DNA of 64,000 nucleotides from Gammaproteobacteria bacterium (GTDB lineage Bacteria > Pseudomonadota > Gammaproteobacteria > Ga0077536), in the NCBI GenBank assembly GCA_047611805.1, contig JBLFWX010000022.1, forward strand, positions 233 to 64,232, read 5' to 3'. Positions 20,048 through 30,447 of this stretch are shown one piece after another. The position numbers and the translations under genes are program-made. The notes under the pieces are model-generated. The model was not told the origin of the DNA. It saw only the letters and a program-made list of their open reading frames with translations, and searched no databases. Numbering within the stretch: the stretch's first letter is position 1; every line of letters begins with the position of its first letter.

Positions 20048-22519
20048 CTAGGGCGCGAGCGTTAGCTCTACAACGAGAGGAAGATGATCGGATGCTACTT
20101 GCACGAGATTTCCGCGCGGGACCATAGTATCGCGAACCTGAAATTCCTTGCTGATATAAACATGATCAATGCGTGCAGTCGGATAACGTCCGAAGAATGT
20201 TTTGCGCGGTCGATGATTTTCGAGTTCGACTTGCGCGTCGCTTAAATGTCGATCGAGTTTTCGGCACACAGGTGATGAGGGTGTAGCGTTGAAGTCGCCG
20301 CATAAAATGCGAGCGCCGGTACAATCGGGGTGGTTCAACCAGGCCTCGCCGACGAGTGCGTCCATTTGCTGGGCCCGCTCACTTGGCAGCAGACCGAGAT
20401 GAGTATTTAGCAACTGGATGTCGCGGCCGTTGAAGTCGATCGTGACCCACAGCGCGCCGCGCGGTTCGAGCTGAAATCTAGACGCGGCGCTCGGCAGTTG
20501 CTGCGCCTTGTTCAAACGCATCGGCAGTGAGGTCAGAATCGCATCGCCATATTGCTCTTCTTCCAAGTGAACGCTGGGATAAAAATGAAAATCCATTTCT
20601 AAGCTTCGCGCGATCGTGTGGGCTTGATCGACACCATTGGTACGCGTGCGACCGACATCGAGTTCTTGTAAGCAAACAACATCGACATCGTATCTAGTGA
20701 TAATGCGCGCGATTCTTTCGGGTGATAACTTGCCGTCCATGCCGATACAACTGTGGACGTTGTAAGTCATCAGGCGCAACGTGCCGGAAGCGGCTCGAAC
20801 GCTACGTGCGGCCGCTACATCAGCTAAGGTTTCGCGTGCCAGCAAGTGTAGCGCCGCGCCGCGTAAGCTTTCCGGACGCAAGTATGGTTGCGGGCGGCTG
20901 GGTAGTACGGTGTCTTGCGGGAGGAGCGCGAAGGCGCTGGTTTCCTCGCTTCCTGGACCGGCGTGCGAGCCGTTTTCGAATGGATACGTGCTCGGCATAC
21001 CGTCGTAGCGCCAACCACAAAACACGAAATCCCCAGCATCCCTGTGCTGACAAAGCGCTATAAGGTCGGTGCAAGCTTCAATCAGGAACGGGTGCTCGGG
21101 GCCGAGCACCTCATCGGCGTCTTTGGGAAGGCTAAAAGTACCCCGGGCTGTCCATGCGGTGATTGTGTTGTCAGCAAGTTTGCGTAACACTATCGCGAGA
21201 TTCGCATCCGCGACGAGCCGTTGCGCGATGCACGCGAAATCAGTTTCGCCGACTGCGCTTGAATAATAAATGAAACCGACCGGACCCATCGCCACGACTC
21301 GCAGTGGGTTTGGATCTTGTTCGCCCGCTTCTTTGTCATCGTCGTTGCTTCCAGCCGCTAACCGTTCTCCGAATGTGTTATCAGTTTTAGCTTTCTCTTC
21401 ATTGTTAGTCGTTCTAGGAAATAATTGCTTAGTCCTTTTCCCTCCACCGAGTAGACGCACGCGTTGCGTTTGAATGCTTTTGATTTCATCCGTATGGGTG
21501 CGCTGTTCGGCGTGTTCGAACGATTGGAAGACGGCCGTGATTGCTTCCGCCACCGGTATGCCAAACGTATTCTCGTAGGATTCGGTGTGCTCTTGTCCAT
21601 GATCGGAATAGATCCATACGTCGTACTCGCGTCGGGCCGCGCAGTTGGCCGCCCGCACTATACGTCCTATTGCATCGTCGATCCCTTTTAAGGCCCAATG
21701 CGCGAAGCGCGATTGTGGGCCGCGACGATGCGCTTGCTCATCGTAGCCTAGTAAATTTAAATGAATGATCGGTAGCCCACGAGTGATATCAATTTTCGCG
21801 CCGATGGTGACGAGTTCGCGCAAGAGTATGCAGATGGCGACTCGGGCCGCAACAAATTTTAATTCGTGTCTGAGGTGATGGCCAAGGACGACACCACGGA
21901 TGCTGTCGATGCCGGCGAGTACGAACTCAAGTAGCAAAAGCGCAGCGATACGGAGCGCGCTGTAGCCGTGTGTGAACAAAAGAAACGTCAGTACGAACGG
22001 ATTCGCCGCGCGCAACACTGGACCCCAACCTAGCGAAGCAGGGCAGAAGTGAGATTCTGCTGCACCGCCGGTAAAAATGTCGCAATAAACACTGCCCCCT
22101 TTCATCAAGGGCGAGCCAAGCTGCGCGAGATCCTGTTCGACAGACGCGGCGCTCGCGGGTTCGTACATTATGCGCACTTCACGGGATGCTCGGTCCAGAA
22201 AGCTAAACGCGGGGACTGCAGTTTTAACGCCATAGAATAGTTCGGCTTGGACTGCAGGCGTGCTGGACGGCAAGCCGCTATAGAGGTGATGGACACGATA
22301 ATGTTCGTTCTCGATCAGGTTTTTCAGTAACGGTAAATTGCCGTTCTCGAGAGCGCGAGTGAACTGCTTATGAGATAGGCCGTCGATTTGGATCATGATC
22401 AGGCCCGGGGTCACGGGAGAGTCGATCGAACCTGGCAGTCGCAGCAAGCGCATAGCCCATTCGCTGCGGCTTAACCAGCGCCTTACTTTCCTAAAGCGTG
22501 CTTCGATGCGCGCGATCAT
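20048..22519 (-). CDS. alkaline-phosphatase-superfamily domain fused to endonuclease/exonuclease/phosphatase (EEP) domain
   Basis: AlkP/NPP motifs IQIDGLS, SGLPSSTP, YDEQAH, YSDHG, GSHAG. EEP motifs MTYNVH, LQE, NTHL, GDFN, RIDHV, SDHLP. Confidence 0.88.
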   Translation of the reverse strand: MIARIEARFRKVRRWLSRSEWAMRLLRLPGSIDSPVTPGLIMIQIDGLSHKQFTRALENGNLPLLKNLIENEHYRVHHLYSGLPSSTPAVQAELFYGVKTAVPAFSFLDRASREVRIMYEPASAASVEQDLAQLGSPLMKGGSVYCDIFTGGAAESHFCPASLGWGPVLRAANPFVLTFLLFTHGYSALRIAALLLLEFVLAGIDSIRGVVLGHHLRHELKFVAARVAICILLRELVTIGAKIDITRGLPIIHLNLLGYDEQAHRRGPQSRFAHWALKGIDDAIGRIVRAANCAARREYDVWIYSDHGQEHTESYENTFGIPVAEAITAVFQSFEHAEQRTHTDEIKSIQTQRVRLLGGGKRTKQLFPRTTNNEEKAKTDNTFGERLAAGSNDDDKEAGEQDPNPLRVVAMGPVGFIYYSSAVGETDFACIAQRLVADANLAIVLRKLADNTITAWTARGTFSLPKDADEVLGPEHPFLIEACTDLIALCQHRDAGDFVFCGWRYDGMPSTYPFENGSHAGPGSEETSAFALLPQDTVLPSRPQPYLRPESLRGAALHLLARETLADVAAARSVRAASGTLRLMTYNVHSCIGMDGKLSPERIARIITRYDVDVVCLQELDVGRTRTNGVDQAHTIARSLEMDFHFYPSVHLEEEQYGDAILTSLPMRLNKAQQLPSAASRFQLEPRGALWVTIDFNGRDIQLLNTHLGLLPSERAQQMDALVGEAWLNHPDCTGARILCGDFNATPSSPVCRKLDRHLSDAQVELENHRPRKTFFGRYPTARIDHVYISKEFQVRDTMVPRGNLVQVASDHLPLVVELTLAP

Positions 22520-22524
22520 CGTAG

Positions 22525-23802
22525 TTAGGTTCCCGCTGTATCGCCGCCAAGAGCCGCGCCCGCCGCGCCCGCCATGCCAACAAGAATATCGAACTCTGCT
22601 TCAATCAGCCGACGTAATTGTGCCAACTGCGTAAAGTCCGCATCGCGTTCCAGGTGATTTTGGAGACATAGTGACTCGTAAATTGACAATGCGCGTGATG
22701 CCACGATCGGCATTGAAAACTGCGCGGCAGTCCGTCGCGCCGCAGCGTTGAGTTCCACTATCGAGCGTCCTTCAAGTGCCGCAACCCAATCCAGTGCATC
22801 AATGAAATCCTCGAGCGATTCGCTCGCTAGTAAACGACCATTGAGACGGTCTTCTACGACTTCTCGAACACCCGGGGCGTCGATGGCAACAACCGGCACG
22901 CCTGCAGCCATAGCTTCCGTTAATACCATGCCTTGGGTTTCGCTGCCGGAGGCGAAAGCGAACACATCCATCGCCTGATACGCGCTTGCTAGCAACGGCT
23001 GATTAAGCGATCCCGAGAAGTGCAGGCGCCCGCCTACGCCTTTTTCGCCGAATATGTTTATTATTTCCTTTCGTAGAGGTCCGTCACCGACAACAAGAAA
23101 GTGTGCGTTCGATTGGCGTGAGAGGAACTCGCTGATTGCAGTGGCCAAAAACGTGAGATTCTTTTCCGGCGCTAACCGCCCGACATGGCCAACTAAGAAA
23201 GCGTCAACTGGAATGTCCATCGCTGCTTTAAATCCGCTACCGCTGCCTTCGGCGAAAGAAGACAAGTTGACCCCGGTGGGCAGTTCCGTGATCGGCTGTG
23301 TAACGCCGCGCTTTCTCAAGATTTTGATCAGGCTTGCGCTCGGCGCGAACACGTGGTCCGACATATTCGCATACCTAACCGTGAGCTCGATGACAAAGCG
23401 CTGCATGGCCGGTGAATCGCCCGGCACATAGTGGGTATAGCGTTCGTACATGGTGTGATTCGTATAGACAAGCGGTAAGTCATTTTTGTGCGCCACCCGC
23501 AGCGCCGCCATGCCGAGTAGAAAAGGATGATGAGAATGCACGAGGTCGGCATTGAATCGCTCGACCGCCGCAGATAGTGTTGCGGGCATTTGTAGAGCGA
23601 CTGAGAAGTCGCTGCCGTTGAATCGTTGGATCGCCGGTACCCGGATAACGTCCTCTTCGTGGACGGGCAATCCTTCGAACTCCGGTGCCACGATGAGTAC
23701 GCGATGGCCTTGATCCTGATAAGCACATTTGAACGCCTCGACTGATCGGGCGACACCACCAACGTGCGGCAAATACGTGTTCGTCATCATGAGGATATTC
23801 AT
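22525..23802 (-). CDS. glycosyltransferase family 4 (monoglucosyl-DAG synthase-like subgroup)
   Basis: MNILMMTNTYLPHVGGVARSV, HSHHPF, HTMYE.YTHY, VGRLAPEKN, FAS.SETQG.V..EAMA.G.PVV. Confidence 0.92.
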   Translation of the reverse strand: MNILMMTNTYLPHVGGVARSVEAFKCAYQDQGHRVLIVAPEFEGLPVHEEDVIRVPAIQRFNGSDFSVALQMPATLSAAVERFNADLVHSHHPFLLGMAALRVAHKNDLPLVYTNHTMYERYTHYVPGDSPAMQRFVIELTVRYANMSDHVFAPSASLIKILRKRGVTQPITELPTGVNLSSFAEGSGSGFKAAMDIPVDAFLVGHVGRLAPEKNLTFLATAISEFLSRQSNAHFLVVGDGPLRKEIINIFGEKGVGGRLHFSGSLNQPLLASAYQAMDVFAFASGSETQGMVLTEAMAAGVPVVAIDAPGVREVVEDRLNGRLLASESLEDFIDALDWVAALEGRSIVELNAAARRTAAQFSMPIVASRALSIYESLCLQNHLERDADFTQLAQLRRLIEAEFDILVGMAGAAGAALGGDTAGT

Positions 23803-26060
23803 TTTGGAGTATTTGAGTGCAGCACTACGGATTCGACACCGCGCGCTGCCAATACGGTTTGCCAGCCAGGCACACGGACTGCAATCTCGGGCGCACTGGC
23901 TACCCATTCGCCCTGCCAGCTAACGCGTAGCGCGTTGTCACGGCGCTCAATTTCTATCGTAACTGAACCGAACGGTGTAGGTGCCGGTCCGAAGCGGATC
24001 GGCTTATCAGGAACTAGCCAGCGCGCCGCGACGCCAGAGGCGAGAATCAGTCGGTTTTCTTCTTCGCGAACGAAGCAATTGCGCAGCATCAAAATCCATT
24101 CTGCAGCGGCCCACGCGTGTTGACCATCGCCCATACACCCGCCTAGCGTTTGTGGATGAGACGCTTCAGGCCATTGACCCGTCGACGATGCGAGGTTGGC
24201 GACCACATCAATAAGTTCGAGGTAACGCGGGTCGCCCGCACGAAGCAGCGCCTGGGCAAGATGCAGCGTGAGATAAGCATTCAGGCCGGAATGGATCATG
24301 TCTTGAAAGAACGCACCTTTGACGAGGCAGTGTTCGAGCAAATATTCAGCGGTGTCGAGAATGCGCAGATCGCTAGCTGGGTACAACCGCAGCGGATAGC
24401 TGGCGACTAGCGATCCAATAACACCTGCATCAAGTCGACGATACGGAGAAGCCGGGATTGCAGGACGCCCGATCCGTGTATGGGCGTGCTTGAGCTTGTC
24501 ATTGATGCACTGAAAAAAACTATCGGCTTCGTGTTCAAACGTGCTGCCGTCGTCCACGTCACCGGTCAAGGCGTACATCGCGCTCGCGGCCTTGAGTCCG
24601 GCGACGCCCCAGAAATCATCCCAGAAATAGAAATCATTGGGGCCGAGGTGTTCGGCGCTAAATCCTGCTGGGAGTAAACCTGAATGCAGTTCATCGCCGC
24701 CGGCAACTGTGCGTTTATTCACTATCCAGTGGGCTGCCTTGCGGATCGGATCGTGCCATTCGGGTTTTGGTACGCATTGGGTGAGCTGACAATATCGCCA
24801 CATGATCCACAGCGCTTCACCGTTCGAATCCCATTCACCATCTTGGGAATGAAAATAACCTGAGCTTGTTTGGCGCGCGAAAAATCGATCTAAGGCGCGT
24901 TCTGCGCGCGCAGGAAAACCTGCGCACAATAGTGCGTGAATCATGAACGCGGCGTCGCGAAACCAGAATCGCTTATAAGTGTAGGGTCCCGGATAGACGT
25001 CGTCGGGAGAATGCAGCAACAAGGTGTGCAAAGCGGTGTCATAGAGAAATTTCACTTTCTGATCGGGTAGCTCTAAGCGGCAATGTTGTTCCATTGCATT
25101 GCGCCAGCCTGCCGTAGCGGCTAACGGCTTCGGAACCGGTGAGCGCGGCGAACGTGCCAGCGGGATCTCAATTTCGACCGTACGGCTCATGTCTGGCTCC
25201 AGATCAAATAGCGCTGCTGCGGTTACCATGCCGGCGGCGCAGTGCCCCTGGGTCTGCGGTTGTAAGTCGTGCAAATGAATATGCACATCCCCATGCCGAT
25301 AATCCGAAACATAATGAGCATCAATCGGTCTATCGAAGCGTAGGCGTTTTTCGCCGTTGACTAGCCATTCGCGACGTTCGTCGTCTAGGCGAACGTCATG
25401 AATGAAACTGATCCCTTCAGGGTTGTAAGGCCGTAAAGCAACAACTAAATGTCCAGGGCCGTTGGCCGTTGCCTGTATCGTTAATCGACATGCAGGCGTG
25501 TCCTCGTCAAGGATAACGGTTGCCCGTTGCTGGAGTGACATGCCAGGTGCCGATGTCCGTGTCCGGATCGTGAACCCGCCTTCGAACTCGAGCGTTTGCT
25601 CGCAATCTTCAGTGCGCGATGGAATTAATGCAGGACCGTCGGTTTTCACGACCCAAGCATCTATGGACCAGCCGTCGTAGAAAGGCGTGAGCAGACCACG
25701 CGGATCGACGATAGGTAATTCATCGAAATCCGGGACACCAATAGCAGTCCAATTACGATGGGTTAAATTTATATGTGTAATTGAAAAAGCTCTTGGTACG
25801 AAGGATGCGTCTGTAGGGTCGAATTGCCGTTCTATCCAATACGGCCATATCCAATCCAGATTGTGCTGTACGACGCGACTGTTAATGAGCCCACGGGCAT
25901 GCATGACGGCACCTGCACGCAAGAGTTCGATCGGTTCAGCAACTTCAGACGGTTGAAGAAAACTTTGCATTCGCGCCTGTAGTGCAATTGGATCAAGAAA
26001 ACCATGCGCTCGCGCAACGTGTTTAACGACGAAACGCCACGGCAGCCACTTCAACCACAT
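23799..26060 (-). CDS. six-hairpin (alpha/alpha)6 glycosidase-like protein of unknown specificity
   Basis: YKRFWFRDAA, GEWDSNGE, GLLPAG.SAEH, YFWDDFW, GQWPEA, GDGQHAWAAAEW. The stop overlaps the GT4 start (ATGA). Confidence 0.7.
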   Translation of the reverse strand: MWLKWLPWRFVVKHVARAHGFLDPIALQARMQSFLQPSEVAEPIELLRAGAVMHARGLINSRVVQHNLDWIWPYWIERQFDPTDASFVPRAFSITHINLTHRNWTAIGVPDFDELPIVDPRGLLTPFYDGWSIDAWVVKTDGPALIPSRTEDCEQTLEFEGGFTIRTRTSAPGMSLQQRATVILDEDTPACRLTIQATANGPGHLVVALRPYNPEGISFIHDVRLDDERREWLVNGEKRLRFDRPIDAHYVSDYRHGDVHIHLHDLQPQTQGHCAAGMVTAAALFDLEPDMSRTVEIEIPLARSPRSPVPKPLAATAGWRNAMEQHCRLELPDQKVKFLYDTALHTLLLHSPDDVYPGPYTYKRFWFRDAAFMIHALLCAGFPARAERALDRFFARQTSSGYFHSQDGEWDSNGEALWIMWRYCQLTQCVPKPEWHDPIRKAAHWIVNKRTVAGGDELHSGLLPAGFSAEHLGPNDFYFWDDFWGVAGLKAASAMYALTGDVDDGSTFEHEADSFFQCINDKLKHAHTRIGRPAIPASPYRRLDAGVIGSLVASYPLRLYPASDLRILDTAEYLLEHCLVKGAFFQDMIHSGLNAYLTLHLAQALLRAGDPRYLELIDVVANLASSTGQWPEASHPQTLGGCMGDGQHAWAAAEWILMLRNCFVREEENRLILASGVAARWLVPDKPIRFGPAPTPFGSVTIEIERRDNALRVSWQGEWVASAPEIAVRVPGWQTVLAARGVESVVLHSNTPK

Positions 26061-26100
26061 TGCGATCTGCTCATATGAAATTCGAGATTTTCTATCATTT

Positions 26101-26835
26101 TTATTCCACAGGAATGTAGCGCCGCAGCGCCGTACGCGAACGTTGAATGATGAACGCAATTGAACCCATCATTGCGATCGCACCGAACCCGTAGCTTACC
26201 CAGTGCCATGGTGTCAGAACGCGATAGGCACTGTTTAGCTTCGCAATGTCCGCGGTTAGCGAACCCAAATAGACTAGGAAAACTGTGTTTGGAATAATGC
26301 CAATTAGAGTGCCAATCAGATAATGTCCGAACGAAAAATTTGTAACACCGAAGAAATAGTTAGATAACTTGAACGGGAAAAACGGAACCAAGCGAGTGAG
26401 CATGACAATTTTCCAAGCATCCGCGGTAAACTCATCGCTGATAGCGCGAAGCTTAGGATGGCTCTTAAGGTAGGCGGTTGCGCGCTCGCTGAATAAATAT
26501 CGAGCGCTGAGAAATGCGATCGAACCGCCAACGGTCGTGGCGAGTAAGATTAGCGAGGTACCGAGGTATAGTCCGAAGAGAAAGCCCGCGCCCATCGTGA
26601 GAACGATGCCAGGAAGTAGTAAGACCACGACAATAACGTCGAGGATCACGAATATGCTCGGTGCCCACGGGCCAAGAGAGTGCAGCCATGAAAAAAGCTC
26701 GCCGATAGCTTCCTGTGTATCGAAATGAAGCAGTATGAAAATTAACGTTCCTACACACACGGCTAACAACAATAATCGACGTAAGATCAGGAGCTTGCTA
26801 CTGCGTGACCCGTTGGGAAGGGATTGTCTAGGCAT
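26101..26835 (-). CDS. TVP38/TMEM64 (DedA-superfamily, SNARE-associated) membrane protein
   Basis: LLPG..LTMGAG.LFG...G, AFL.ARY, LTRLVPFFPF..SNY.FG, GTLIG.IP. Start position uncertain. Confidence 0.9.
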   Translation of the reverse strand: MPRQSLPNGSRSSKLLILRRLLLLAVCVGTLIFILLHFDTQEAIGELFSWLHSLGPWAPSIFVILDVIVVVLLLPGIVLTMGAGFLFGLYLGTSLILLATTVGGSIAFLSARYLFSERATAYLKSHPKLRAISDEFTADAWKIVMLTRLVPFFPFKLSNYFFGVTNFSFGHYLIGTLIGIIPNTVFLVYLGSLTADIAKLNSAYRVLTPWHWVSYGFGAIAMMGSIAFIIQRSRTALRRYIPVE

Positions 26836-27144
26836 TATTGAGCGGTTTGCATTTGGCAGCGCTGCTTTGAATTTGTTTAGCAATCACCGCTTAGCGCGAT
26901 CGGCTCGTTGCGCGTTTATGAATGTGTCGGGCTGAGATGTCGCAGCACCAGGTGGGATGAATGGGAAACTTGTCCGAACGTTAGGTTTGCGATCGACCAT
27001 CCCGACTGGTTCGGCTGCTAAGGGCGATTCGTCCGACGCGGCGCTCGGTACTACAATTTGCGTGATTCGATCCATATTTTTCTCCTGATAAAGAATTGAC
27101 AATCGTGCATCCGGGCGCTGATTTCAAATTCTCCAAAGGCCCCC

Positions 27145-28023
27145 TCAATTGCCGACTGGCGATGCCTTTGCGGCGGGTTGACCGGAATAAAACTTCCGGC
27201 ATTCGTTTTCGCGACCGCGGACGACCCGTTGGCCGAGCAAATCCCCGCGCGTCTCCGTGACCACCGTATGTTGGCCTTCACGATGGTCGTTCTCGTAGCA
27301 GTAGATCACGACCCAGTCGGAGGTTCGTTTAATTTTATGAGCGAGTGCGGTGTTGGAATACATGACCGTGAAATGCCAAGGCTCGTGCGTGGCATGCATG
27401 ATCGATAGCCACGGTTGCGCTTGTGGGTTGAAGCGCCTGGGCGCAATCAAAGGTAGCTCCTTTGCGGTCGCCTTGCGTCGATACTCGCAGTCCAAATCAA
27501 GTAATACGTGCACAGGGATCGTGGTTGCGGACTCTTCGAAATGCTGCCGGCGGCGACCCAACATAGCGTCTAGCGCTGGTGCTATTGCGGCGAGGCGGCG
27601 TTCACTGATGCCGTCAACTTGTTTGAGCCGACCGTCGAATGCCGCCTGCTCTAATCCCTCCAAAGTATCGATGTTTAGTTCGTCATGAATTCGATGTGCC
27701 AAGATTGGACCGATCCCGGGTACCACTTGAAATAATCGATCCGGTTCGAGTGTTCCGCGAAGTCTTTCTAGCTGAGCCCACCGCCCGGTGGAAATGATCT
27801 CACGGATCGCCGCAGCGATGCCGCGGCCGATAGTCGGAATGCTAATGAGGCCATCGATACCTTCGCTGCCGAGAACGGAGCCAATGTCAGTTGGGTAGCC
27901 ACCTACCGTATCGGCTGCCCGGGCGTATGCCGTGATACGAAATGGACTGGCGTCCTGCCCCGCCAAGATATCAGCCATCTCCCGCAACATGACGGATATT
28001 TGATGGTTGCGATTCTTACTCAT
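27145..28023 (-). CDS. helix-hairpin-helix protein: PolX-like N-terminal domains plus uncharacterised C-terminal domain
   Basis: N..I...L.EMADIL..Q.ASPFRI.AY.RAA, IPTIGRGIA..I.E, VPGIGP..A..IHDEL.I.TLE.LE. No polymerase palm or PHP domain follows. Confidence 0.85.
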   Translation of the reverse strand: MSKNRNHQISVMLREMADILAGQDASPFRITAYARAADTVGGYPTDIGSVLGSEGIDGLISIPTIGRGIAAAIREIISTGRWAQLERLRGTLEPDRLFQVVPGIGPILAHRIHDELNIDTLEGLEQAAFDGRLKQVDGISERRLAAIAPALDAMLGRRRQHFEESATTIPVHVLLDLDCEYRRKATAKELPLIAPRRFNPQAQPWLSIMHATHEPWHFTVMYSNTALAHKIKRTSDWVVIYCYENDHREGQHTVVTETRGDLLGQRVVRGRENECRKFYSGQPAAKASPVGN

Positions 28024-28229
28024 GGCGAACTCTCTCGCAATGTTTGATCATCGTATTGATCCTGCTCCAGATCGGGAAACCTGGAGATGATCTAAGTCAT
28101 AAGATCTCAAATTATTTCCCGTAGGCTAGGTACGCACTTTACCGATCGGTAATCGATGCGCTTTGCTTACGAAACATCTAACTAGCATTATTTGCATGCG
28201 ATGTTTACGCGGCATAAGGAGAAGGCGAC

Positions 28230-29225
28230 GTGAGAGTTTTAGCCGGCGACGTGGGTGGTTCCAAAACCCTAATCCAGGTGGCGGATTATGCGGACAATCG
28301 CTGGCATGTGATTGCCAACGCGCGTTACGATAACCGGGACTATTCCAGTTTCGGCGCGCTCCTGGAAAAATTTTGCGCTTCCGAATCCAAGTCGTGTAGC
28401 ACTATAGCCGCTGTCGGTCTGGCGCTTGCCGGACCGGTTAACGATGACAAGGTGCAACTCACGAATCTACCTTGGTTGATTGATATTGAGTTGTTACAGC
28501 GGCGATTTGCTACCCAGCAAGTACGCCTAATCAATGACATGCAAGGTGCGGGATACGGGATCGCGTCGATCGAACGTTCAGATCTTTTGGTGCTCAATGC
28601 CGGCGAGCCCGTGACGCACGGCGTGTGCGGACTAATTGGTGCTGGTACTGGGCTCGGCGAAGCCTTGATGGTGTGGCATGACGGTCGTTACGAGGTACAC
28701 GCCGGTGAAGGCGGACATGTCGATTTCGCACCAAGGGACGAATTCGAGCTCGATCTTTTGGTCTATTTACGTGCGAAGCTCGAGCGGGTGAGTTATGAGC
28801 ATCTATTGTGCGGCGCCGGATTAGTGCGCATTTTCGAGTTTATGATCGAACACAGTGGTGGCCTTGTCTCTCCAGGGTTGATGGGCGATTTAAGTCATCA
28901 AGATGCGGCTGCCGTGATCTGCGAATACGCTCTAAATTCGAAAAGCGCTAAGGCTTGGTCCGCGCTGGAGCGTTTTATCCGCATCTATGGTGCGCAAGCT
29001 GGAAACTTAGCGTTAACCCTTGGCGCACGTGGCGGCATCTACGTTGTCGGCGGTATCGCGCCGAAAATTTGTGCGGCTTTTCGCACGGCCGGTTTCATGA
29101 CAGCGTTTCAAGCCAATTCGACGATGTCGGAGTTCTTGGCGCGTATCCCCGTAACCGTAGTGCTAGATCCCAACGTTGCATTATTCGGGGCTAGAGCCGT
29201 CGCCCAACGGAGTTGCCTAAACTAA
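28230..29225 (+). CDS. glk: glucokinase
   Basis: LAGDVGGSKT, AGPV, TNLPW, LIND, GAGTGLG, EGGH.DFAP, VSYE..LCG.G, GGIAPK. Confidence 0.95.
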   Translation: MRVLAGDVGGSKTLIQVADYADNRWHVIANARYDNRDYSSFGALLEKFCASESKSCSTIAAVGLALAGPVNDDKVQLTNLPWLIDIELLQRRFATQQVRLINDMQGAGYGIASIERSDLLVLNAGEPVTHGVCGLIGAGTGLGEALMVWHDGRYEVHAGEGGHVDFAPRDEFELDLLVYLRAKLERVSYEHLLCGAGLVRIFEFMIEHSGGLVSPGLMGDLSHQDAAAVICEYALNSKSAKAWSALERFIRIYGAQAGNLALTLGARGGIYVVGGIAPKICAAFRTAGFMTAFQANSTMSEFLARIPVTVVLDPNVALFGARAVAQRSCLN

Positions 29226-29257
29226 CTAACCGTTTCTTCGTTCAATATTTTGCGCTC

Positions 29258-29728
29258 TTAGTGGACAATAGTAACGGGGCAAGGAGAATGTTGCGCTACC
29301 TGCGAGCTAACGCTGCCGAGTAATAACCGTGCGAATGTGGAGTGGCCGCGTGATCCGATAACGATAAGATCGATCGAATTCGCACTCGCATAGTCGCAAA
29401 TAGCTTCGGCGATTTGACCCCAAACTTGTACAATTTCGACATCCGGTAAATTACCCAGCGCCTGCTTCGTCTCTTGCAGTGTCGTGAGCGCGGCCTGTTT
29501 TTCCGTAGCGGCTTTGATTTCCTCGAAATTTAACCCACTGTCAGGTAAAGCGGCTGGCCACGCGACCGGTCCCATTGTCTGCATCATTAACGCTTCCTCA
29601 CTGTGTACCGACAACATCGTGACGTGCGCCGCTAATGGTAGTGCGAGAGACGCGACGAACCGCGCAGCCCGTAGCGACCCTTCGGAACCGTCGGTGGCGA
29701 GTAGAATTCTCGAAATACCATTACTCAT
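29258..29728 (-). CDS. universal stress protein
   Basis: ILLATDGS..S, DLIVIGSRG, LLGSVS.QV....PCPV.IV. Confidence 0.95.
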   Translation of the reverse strand: MSNGISRILLATDGSEGSLRAARFVASLALPLAAHVTMLSVHSEEALMMQTMGPVAWPAALPDSGLNFEEIKAATEKQAALTTLQETKQALGNLPDVEIVQVWGQIAEAICDYASANSIDLIVIGSRGHSTFARLLLGSVSSQVAQHSPCPVTIVH

Positions 29729-30074
29729 TGCTATGACTCTCTCTGGTTTGGAGCATTAAAAAAACACCACTGTTCGATTTTGTTCGCCGACATCACGAAT
29801 TCTTCATAGCGGTTTAGCATTGCCGGCTTGCGTGCTGAGACAGAAGGTGACGTTAAACGTCCCGAGGCAATCGCCCCCTCAGCGTTGCTTACGAAATAGC
29901 TCAGTCATACGCGAATACCAACTCGCGATGGCTCGGGTGTCAGGGTCGCTTCTATGAATCCCGCCATTATGACCATCAACAGAATGTTCAGTTGTACGAA
30001 CCCCGGATGAGATTTTAATCGAGTAGCTCATCCCTGTGTTCTTAGGAAACTTAGCACTTCGCGCGATAGTTGGA

Positions 30075-30088
30075 TTGACAGGGATCAA
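30075..30088. promoter_or_regulatory. FNR/Anr-like box
   Basis: TTGAC-aggg-ATCAA (9/10) in the usp/mntP divergent intergenic region. Confidence 0.5.
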
Positions 30089-30210
30089 TTGAACGTCCGT
30101 CGCCCGGTTTGGCAATCCGACTCGAGAAACGCAAATAGTTCCAGTTAGGCGTTCCGTTGGTTACTGAATTTCTATACTTCCCGCGACAAATCCACTTGCG
30201 CGAATTGCAA

Positions 30211-30224
30211 TTGATCTCGATCAC
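30211..30224. promoter_or_regulatory. FNR/Anr-like box
   Basis: TTGAT-ctcg-ATCAC (9/10). Confidence 0.4.
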
Positions 30225-30447
30225 GACGCGCCGCCCCTGCGTCACTATCATCGGGGCAACTCATCGTCACTGAGACGAAAAATAAGTTTCCTCACGGGCT
30301 TTCGAGAAAGCACATGAGCGCATGCGATTGTATCGCTTCGTTGAGAGCGCTGGTCCTTCATTGCATTGCTCGGTAACGCCAAGATATGGGTAAAACGTGA
30401 AGACCGTTGTCCGTACGGACCGAGTCCAACGTCTGTACAACAGTGAA

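Noticed and set aside
19328-20127. Overlapping ORFs similar to ORFs at 53209-53484
   Set aside because: They are translations of the MITE DNA repeat, not a protein family.
30250-30447. yybP-ykoY Mn riboswitch expected upstream of mntP
   Set aside because: The GGGGAGUAG 5' and GAGAC 3' core could not be placed in a consistent fold. It is absent or decayed; an Infernal search would settle it.
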